Below the pieces are notes generated by a model. It was not told where the DNA came from, did not search any database, and saw only the letters and a list, made by a program, of their open reading frames with translations. 64,000 bases of DNA, taken from Curvibacter sp. AEP1-3 (lineage in GTDB: Bacteria > Pseudomonadota > Gammaproteobacteria > Burkholderiales > Burkholderiaceae_C). A program made the translations under genes and the position numbers. Below, one piece after another: positions 58,880-64,000 of this stretch (positions are counted from its first letter, which is position 1; every line of letters begins with the position of its first letter). Location: positions 7,412 to 71,411 of the forward strand of contig CALRZY010000011.1 in NCBI GenBank assembly GCA_943372765.1. Direction: 5' to 3'.

Positions 58880-61171
58880 ATGCAATTCAAACGATTTGGC
58901 CTGCGTGCCGCCTCCCTGCTGGCCGCCTTGCTGCTGGCCGCGCATGCCGCCTGGGCCGCCGAACCCTTCAAGATCCGTGACATCCAGGTCGAGGGGCTGC
59001 AACGCATCGAGCCCGGGACCGTTTTTGCCTCCATGCCGCTGCGCGTGGGGGACATCTACAACGACGAGAAGGGCACGGCCTCGATCCGCTCGCTGTTCGC
59101 GCTGGGCCTGTTCACTGACGTGCGCCTGGAAATCAACGGCGATGTGCTGGTGGTGGTGGTCGAGGAACGTCCCAGCGTGGCCGAGGTCGAGTTCATCGGC
59201 ACCCGCGAGTTCGACAAGGACGTGCTGGCCAAGGCGCTCAGGGGCATCGGCCTGGCCGAAGGGCGGCCTTTCGACAAGGCCCTGCTGGACCGTGCCGAGC
59301 AGGAGCTCAAGCGCCAGTACATCAACAAGAGCCTGTATGCGGCCGAGGTGCTGAGCACCGTGACCCCGGTGGAGCGCAACCGCGTGAACCTGGCGTTCAC
59401 AGTCAGTGAGGGCGAGCCGGCCACGATCAGCGAGATCCGCATTGTCGGCAACAAGGCATTTTCCGAATCCACGCTGCGCAATCTCTTCGATCAGGACACC
59501 GGCAACTGGATGAGCTGGTACACCAAGTCCAACCGCTACTCGCGTGCCAAGCTCAATGCCGACATCGAGACCCTGCGCTCCTACTACCTGACCCGCGGTT
59601 ATCTGGAGTTCCAGGTGGAGTCGACCCAGGTGGCCATAGCCCCCAACAAGCAGGACATGTCCATCACCCTCAATGTCATCGAGGGCGAGCGTTTCGTGGT
59701 GGCCGGGGTGCGTCTGGTCGGCAACTACCTCGGCCGGGAAGACGAGTTCAAGGCACTGGTCTCGATCCAGCCGGGGGAGGCCTACAACGCCGACCGGGTG
59801 GCGGAGACCACCAAGGCCTTCACCGACTATTTCGGCCGTTTCGGTTATGCCTTTGCCCGTGTGCAGTCGGTACCCGATATCGACCGAAGCACCAACCGGG
59901 TGGCGCTCGAGCTACGTGCCGAGCCCTCGCGGCGCGCCTATGTGCGGCGCATCAACGTCACCGGCAACAGTCGCACGCGCGACGAGGTGATCCGTCGTGA
60001 GTTGCGCCAGTTCGAGTCGTCGTGGTACGACAGCGAAAAGATCCGCCTGTCGCGCAACCGGGTGGACCGGCTGGGTTATTTCAGTCAAGTTACGTTGGAG
60101 ACCACCGAGGTGCCGGGCAGTCCGGACCAGGTCGACCTGACCCTCAAAGTTGCCGAAAGGCCTACGGGCAGTGTCACCCTGGGCGCTGGTTTTTCCAGCA
60201 ACGAAGGACTGGGCCTGCAATTCGGCATCAATCAGCAGAACGCTTTCGGTAGTGGCAACTCGCTGGGTATCCAGGTCAATACCAGCGACATCAACCGACT
60301 TGTTGTGCTCAACACGACCGACCCCTATTTCACCCAGGATGGTGTCTCGCGCACCATCGACCTGTATCAGCGCACGTCTCGACCCTTTTTCCAGAGAGAC
60401 AGCTATGCGCTGGAGACCCTGGGGGCCAGCCTGCGCTTCGGCATTCCCCTGACCGAGCGCGACATTGTCTACCTCGGTGGGGGCGTCGAGCGCACAACCA
60501 TTGTGCCGGGCACTTTTTTGCCAGCGGTATTCCAGACCTACGCTGATCAGTTCGGCTACACCAGCACGGCATTTCCGTTGACGCTGGGCTGGGGGCGCGA
60601 CAACCGTGACAGCGCGCTGGTGCCGAGCAGTGGTAACCTGCAGCGCGCTTCCGCCGAGTGGAGTACGGCAGGTGATGTGCGTTATCTGCGCACGACCTAC
60701 CAGTACCAACACTATGTGCCACTGACCAAGCAGTACACCTTTGCCTTCAACACCGACCTGGGACTGGGTAATGCCCTGGGCGGTCAGCCTTACCCGCTGT
60801 TCAAGAATTTCTATGGTGGTGGCCTGGGCTCGGTGCGTGGCTTCGAGGCCGGCAGCCTGGGGCCGCGTGACGTGGCCACCGGCCGCTCCTACGGCGGGCC
60901 GAAGAAGATCAATGTCAACTTCGAGTTGCAGGCGCCTTTCCCGGGGGCTGGCAATGACCGTACCCTGCGCCTGTACACGTTTGTCGATGCTGGCAACGTC
61001 TATGGCGCGGACCAATCGATCAACCCGTCGGATTTCCGGGTGGGTGGGGGTCTCGGTATCAGCTGGGTCTCTCCCATGGGCCCCCTGCGATTGGCCGTGG
61101 CCCGACCCCTGCGCAAATTCGATGGCGATAGAATCCAGTTTCTGCAATTCCAGATTGGGACCACATTCTGA
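58880..61171 (+). CDS. bamA: Outer-membrane protein assembly factor BamA
   Basis: 763 aa. A signal peptide and POTRA repeats (IRDIQVEGLQRIEPGTV...) precede a C-terminal barrel ending FQFQIGTTF. Confidence 0.95.
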   Translation: MQFKRFGLRAASLLAALLLAAHAAWAAEPFKIRDIQVEGLQRIEPGTVFASMPLRVGDIYNDEKGTASIRSLFALGLFTDVRLEINGDVLVVVVEERPSVAEVEFIGTREFDKDVLAKALRGIGLAEGRPFDKALLDRAEQELKRQYINKSLYAAEVLSTVTPVERNRVNLAFTVSEGEPATISEIRIVGNKAFSESTLRNLFDQDTGNWMSWYTKSNRYSRAKLNADIETLRSYYLTRGYLEFQVESTQVAIAPNKQDMSITLNVIEGERFVVAGVRLVGNYLGREDEFKALVSIQPGEAYNADRVAETTKAFTDYFGRFGYAFARVQSVPDIDRSTNRVALELRAEPSRRAYVRRINVTGNSRTRDEVIRRELRQFESSWYDSEKIRLSRNRVDRLGYFSQVTLETTEVPGSPDQVDLTLKVAERPTGSVTLGAGFSSNEGLGLQFGINQQNAFGSGNSLGIQVNTSDINRLVVLNTTDPYFTQDGVSRTIDLYQRTSRPFFQRDSYALETLGASLRFGIPLTERDIVYLGGGVERTTIVPGTFLPAVFQTYADQFGYTSTAFPLTLGWGRDNRDSALVPSSGNLQRASAEWSTAGDVRYLRTTYQYQHYVPLTKQYTFAFNTDLGLGNALGGQPYPLFKNFYGGGLGSVRGFEAGSLGPRDVATGRSYGGPKKINVNFELQAPFPGAGNDRTLRLYTFVDAGNVYGADQSINPSDFRVGGGLGISWVSPMGPLRLAVARPLRKFDGDRIQFLQFQIGTTF

Positions 61172-61683
61172 TGAAGTACTTCAAACGTCCTGCAACTCTG
61201 CTGCTGGGGCTGAGTCTGCTGGCTGCGCCAGCGCTGGCCCAGGAGTTCCGGCTTGGCTTCGTCAGCCTGGACCGCATCATCAAGGAGGCGGTACCTGCCA
61301 AGAACGCGCAGGCCAAGCTGGAGCAGGAATTTGCCAAGCGCGAAAAAGAGTTGCAGGCGCAGGGCGCCAGCATCAAGAATTACGCCGAGCAGCTGGAGCG
61401 CGAGGCGCCCACGCTGTCGGAAAGCCAGCGCGCCACGCGGCAGAAGCAGCTGGTGGAGCTGGACCGCGATTTCCAGCGCAAGCGCCGCGAATTCCAGGAA
61501 GACCTTAACGCCCGCCGCAACGAGGAGTTGCAGCAGGTCTTCGAGCGCGCCAACCGCGTGGTCAAGCAGGTGGCCGATGCCGAGAAGTACGACCTGATCC
61601 TGCAGGAAGCGGTTTACGTCAACCCGCGGCACGACATCACCGACAAGGTGATCAAGGCCCTGAACGCCACGGTCAGCAAGTAA
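61171..61683 (+). CDS. skp: Periplasmic chaperone Skp (OmpH family)
   Basis: 170 aa with a signal peptide and a coiled-coil-rich OmpH-like sequence. It occupies the conserved position between bamA and lpxD. The start overlaps the bamA stop (TGATG). Confidence 0.85.
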   Translation: MKYFKRPATLLLGLSLLAAPALAQEFRLGFVSLDRIIKEAVPAKNAQAKLEQEFAKREKELQAQGASIKNYAEQLEREAPTLSESQRATRQKQLVELDRDFQRKRREFQEDLNARRNEELQQVFERANRVVKQVADAEKYDLILQEAVYVNPRHDITDKVIKALNATVSK

Positions 61684-61701
61684 GGCTGCTTTGCGGGCAG
61701 A

Positions 61702-62691
61702 GTGCATGTGGTTTTGCGTCTAGGCACCATCGTTGAACAGCTCGGGGGCGAGCTGTTCGGCAGTCCCGAACTCGACATCCTGGCCCTGGCCCCGCTGGAA
61801 GTGGCCGGGCCCCAGGCCCTCAGTTTTCTCAGCAACCCCAAATACCGCCAGCAGCTGGCCGCGTCGAAAGCCGGCTGCGTTATCGTGGGACCGGCCATGG
61901 CGGAGGAGGCGCGCGCGCGTGGCGCCTGCATCGTCGCCGACAACCCCTATCTCTATTTCGCCCGTGTGACCCAACTCTGGCAGCGCTCGCGCCAGCGTCC
62001 CGCGGGGCCACGCATCCACCCGAGTGCCGTGGTCGACCCGGGGGCCGAGGTTGACCCCTCCGCCCTGATCGGACCGCTGTGTGTGGTCGAACGCGGCGCC
62101 CGCATCGGGGCGCACAGCGTGCTCAAGTCCCGGGTCACGGTCAGCGAGGATTGCGTGATCGGCGAGCGCTGCGTCCTGCACCCGGGGGTGGTGATCGGTG
62201 CCGACGGTTTCGGCTTTGCCAAGGATGGCGAACGCTGGGAGAAGATCGAACAACTCGGCGCCGTGCGCATCGGCAACGACGTCGAGATCGGCGCCAACAC
62301 CTGCATCGACCGGGGTGCGCTCAGTGACACGGTGATCGAGGATGGCGTCAAGCTCGACAACCTGATCCAGATCGGCCACAACGTGCGCGTGGGCCGCAAC
62401 ACCGCCATGGCCGGCTGCGTCGGTGTGGCCGGCAGCGCCACCATCGGGGCCAATTGCACCATCGGCGGCAGCGCCGGGGTGCTGGGGCACCTGAGCATCG
62501 CCGACGGGGTGAACGTGTCGTCCTTCTCACTGGTCACGCGCTCGCTCAACAAGCCGGGCCATTACACCGGCTTCTATCCGCTGGAGGACAATGCGTCCTG
62601 GGAAAAGAACGCTGCCACGCTCAAGCAGCTCTCCACCCTGCGCGACCGCCTGCGTGCGCTGGAAAAAGAAATCAAGGAAACAAAAAAATGA
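61702..62691 (+). CDS. lpxD: UDP-3-O-acylglucosamine N-acyltransferase
   Basis: 329 aa with a GTG start (GTG 61708 and TTG 61714 are alternatives). It carries left-handed beta-helix hexapeptide repeats and the motif [37 protein letters not shown]. Confidence 0.92.
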   Translation: MHVVLRLGTIVEQLGGELFGSPELDILALAPLEVAGPQALSFLSNPKYRQQLAASKAGCVIVGPAMAEEARARGACIVADNPYLYFARVTQLWQRSRQRPAGPRIHPSAVVDPGAEVDPSALIGPLCVVERGARIGAHSVLKSRVTVSEDCVIGERCVLHPGVVIGADGFGFAKDGERWEKIEQLGAVRIGNDVEIGANTCIDRGALSDTVIEDGVKLDNLIQIGHNVRVGRNTAMAGCVGVAGSATIGANCTIGGSAGVLGHLSIADGVNVSSFSLVTRSLNKPGHYTGFYPLEDNASWEKNAATLKQLSTLRDRLRALEKEIKETKK

Positions 62692-63131
62692 TGATGGACA
62701 TCCACCAGATCCTCAAGAAACTCCCGCACCGCTATCCCTTCCTGCTGGTGGACCGCGTGCTGGAGGTCGAGAAGGGCAAGCGCATCAAGGCGCTCAAGAA
62801 CGTCACCATCAACGAACAGTTCTTCAACGGCCACTTTCCGCACCGCCCGGTGATGCCCGGCGTGCTGATGCTCGAGGCGCTGGCCCAGGCGGCGGCGCTG
62901 CTGTCGTTCGAGACGCTGGACAGCGTGCCCGACGACAACACCGTCTACTACTTTGCCGGCATCGACGGGGCGCGTTTCAAGCGCCCGGTGGAGCCGGGTG
63001 ACCAGCTGATCCTGGAGGTCGATCTCGATCGCATGAAGGCCGGCATCTTCAAGTTCAAGGCCCGGGCCATGGTGGGCGACGAGCTGGCGGTGGAAGCCGA
63101 GCTCATGTGCACCATGCGCAAAATCGCCTGA
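62688..63131 (+). CDS. fabZ: 3-hydroxyacyl-ACP dehydratase FabZ
   Basis: [15 protein letters not shown]...[26 protein letters not shown]. The first of three tandem ATGs overlaps the lpxD stop (ATGA). Confidence 0.95.
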   Translation: MMMDIHQILKKLPHRYPFLLVDRVLEVEKGKRIKALKNVTINEQFFNGHFPHRPVMPGVLMLEALAQAAALLSFETLDSVPDDNTVYYFAGIDGARFKRPVEPGDQLILEVDLDRMKAGIFKFKARAMVGDELAVEAELMCTMRKIA

Positions 63132-63145
63132 GCGGGGAGGGGAGC

Positions 63146-63940
63146 GTGAGCCTCATCCACCCGACGGCCATCGTCGACCCCAAGGCCGAGCTCGACAGCA
63201 CGGTGGCGGTGGGGCCATACACGGTGATCGGCCCGCACGTGAAGATCGATGCCGGTACGCGCATTGCCTCGCATTGTGTGGTCGAGGGGCATACGACCAT
63301 CGGGCGCGACAACCACATCTTCCAGTTTGTTTCCCTCGGTTCGGACAACCAGGACAAGAAGTACAAGGGCGAACCTTGTGAGCTGGTCATCGGTGACCGC
63401 AATACCATACGGGAATACAGCACCTACCACATAGGTACCGTGCAGGGTGGCGGCGTGACCCGCCTGGGCAACGACAACTGGCTCATGGCCTACACCCATC
63501 TCGCGCACGACTGCCTGGTGGGCAACCACTGTACCTTTGCCAACAACACCCAACTGGCCGGCCATGTCGTCGTGGGCGATTGGGTCATCCTGGGCGGCTT
63601 CACCGTATCACACCAGTTCGTGCGCATCGGTGCGCACAGCATGACGGCCATGTGTTCGCTGCTGTTTGGCGACCTGCCGCCCTTTGTCATGTGCCAGGGT
63701 CAGCCTGCCGAAGCGCGCTCGATGAATTTCGAGGGCCTGCGCCGGCGCGGCTTTTCGCCCGAACGCATCAGTGCCGTCAAGGCCATGCACAAGGCCCTGT
63801 ACCGCGACGGGCTGACCATGGAGCAGTCGCAAGCCCAGATCGCGACGCTGACCGAGCGTTACCCTGAGGCGGCGCCGGACGTTGCCATGATGCAGGACTT
63901 CCTGGCGCAAACCACGCCGCAACGCGGCATCATCCGCTGA
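63146..63940 (+). CDS. lpxA: UDP-N-acetylglucosamine O-acyltransferase
   Basis: The GTG at 63146 follows ggggaggggag. The sequence reads [33 protein letters not shown] with hexapeptide repeats. The track ORF starting at 63107 overlaps fabZ and is over-extended. Confidence 0.93.
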   Translation: MSLIHPTAIVDPKAELDSTVAVGPYTVIGPHVKIDAGTRIASHCVVEGHTTIGRDNHIFQFVSLGSDNQDKKYKGEPCELVIGDRNTIREYSTYHIGTVQGGGVTRLGNDNWLMAYTHLAHDCLVGNHCTFANNTQLAGHVVVGDWVILGGFTVSHQFVRIGAHSMTAMCSLLFGDLPPFVMCQGQPAEARSMNFEGLRRRGFSPERISAVKAMHKALYRDGLTMEQSQAQIATLTERYPEAAPDVAMMQDFLAQTTPQRGIIR

Positions 63941-63946
63941 CGCATC

Positions 63947-64000
63947 ATGGACACTCCCCGCGTGGCCATGGTTGCCGGGGAAACCTCCGGTGATCTGCTG
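63947..64000 (+). CDS. lpxB: Lipid-A-disaccharide synthase, 5' end only (continues beyond the window)
   Basis: MDTPRVAMVAGETSGDLL matches the LpxB N-terminal motif and sits in the conserved position after lpxA. Confidence 0.8.
   Translation, partial: MDTPRVAMVAGETSGDLL

Overview
This is a 64-kb chromosomal segment from a GC-rich Gram-negative bacterium (roughly two-thirds G+C by eye, not computed). The gene content suggests a betaproteobacterium of the Burkholderiales, by inference only: a Bug/TctC-type solute receptor, PhaR, adjacent dnaG-rpoD, the conserved rpsB-tsf-pyrH-frr-uppS-cdsA-dxr-rseP-bamA-skp-lpxD-fabZ-lpxA-lpxB block, and very long stop-free antisense ORFs. The window falls into three zones. 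(i) 1-14.3 kb is rich in signalling genes. It holds a 7TMR-DISM sensor and a divergent OmpR-type regulator, then a roughly 9-kb co-directional run: cheW, MCP, MASE3-PAS-GGDEF-EAL, a 141-aa orphan, an Aer-like MCP, an RsbQ/D14-like hydrolase and a PAS-GGDEF. A convergent membrane PAS-GGDEF, a Bug receptor and a small outer-membrane protein follow. (ii) 14.3-51.2 kb is mostly housekeeping. It contains a tRNA-modification operon, a LysR/pirin/WrbA/pirin locus, trhO, dnaE, rpoD, dnaG, ggt, an SDR, tRNA-Val, phaR, rimO, tRNA-Leu, rnr, nnr, an HDOD+MBL pair, dadA and an amidase. A second signalling operon interrupts this zone at 21.3-27.0 kb (solute-binding protein, then binding-domain-PAS-GGDEF-EAL, then MCP, all with ATGA overlaps). 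(iii) 51.3-64 kb is the conserved translation and envelope cluster. I saw no transposase, integrase, phage gene, CRISPR array or recognisable defence gene. The best candidates for new biology are: the two loci where c-di-GMP enzymes are translationally coupled to chemoreceptors, one through an uncharacterised 141-aa protein; the RsbQ/D14-like hydrolase paired with a PAS diguanylate cyclase; the overlapping HDOD-MBL hydrolase pair; and a 570-bp highly structured inverted-repeat element between trhO and dnaE. All functional calls come from reading the translated ORFs and recognising motifs. No database search was run.
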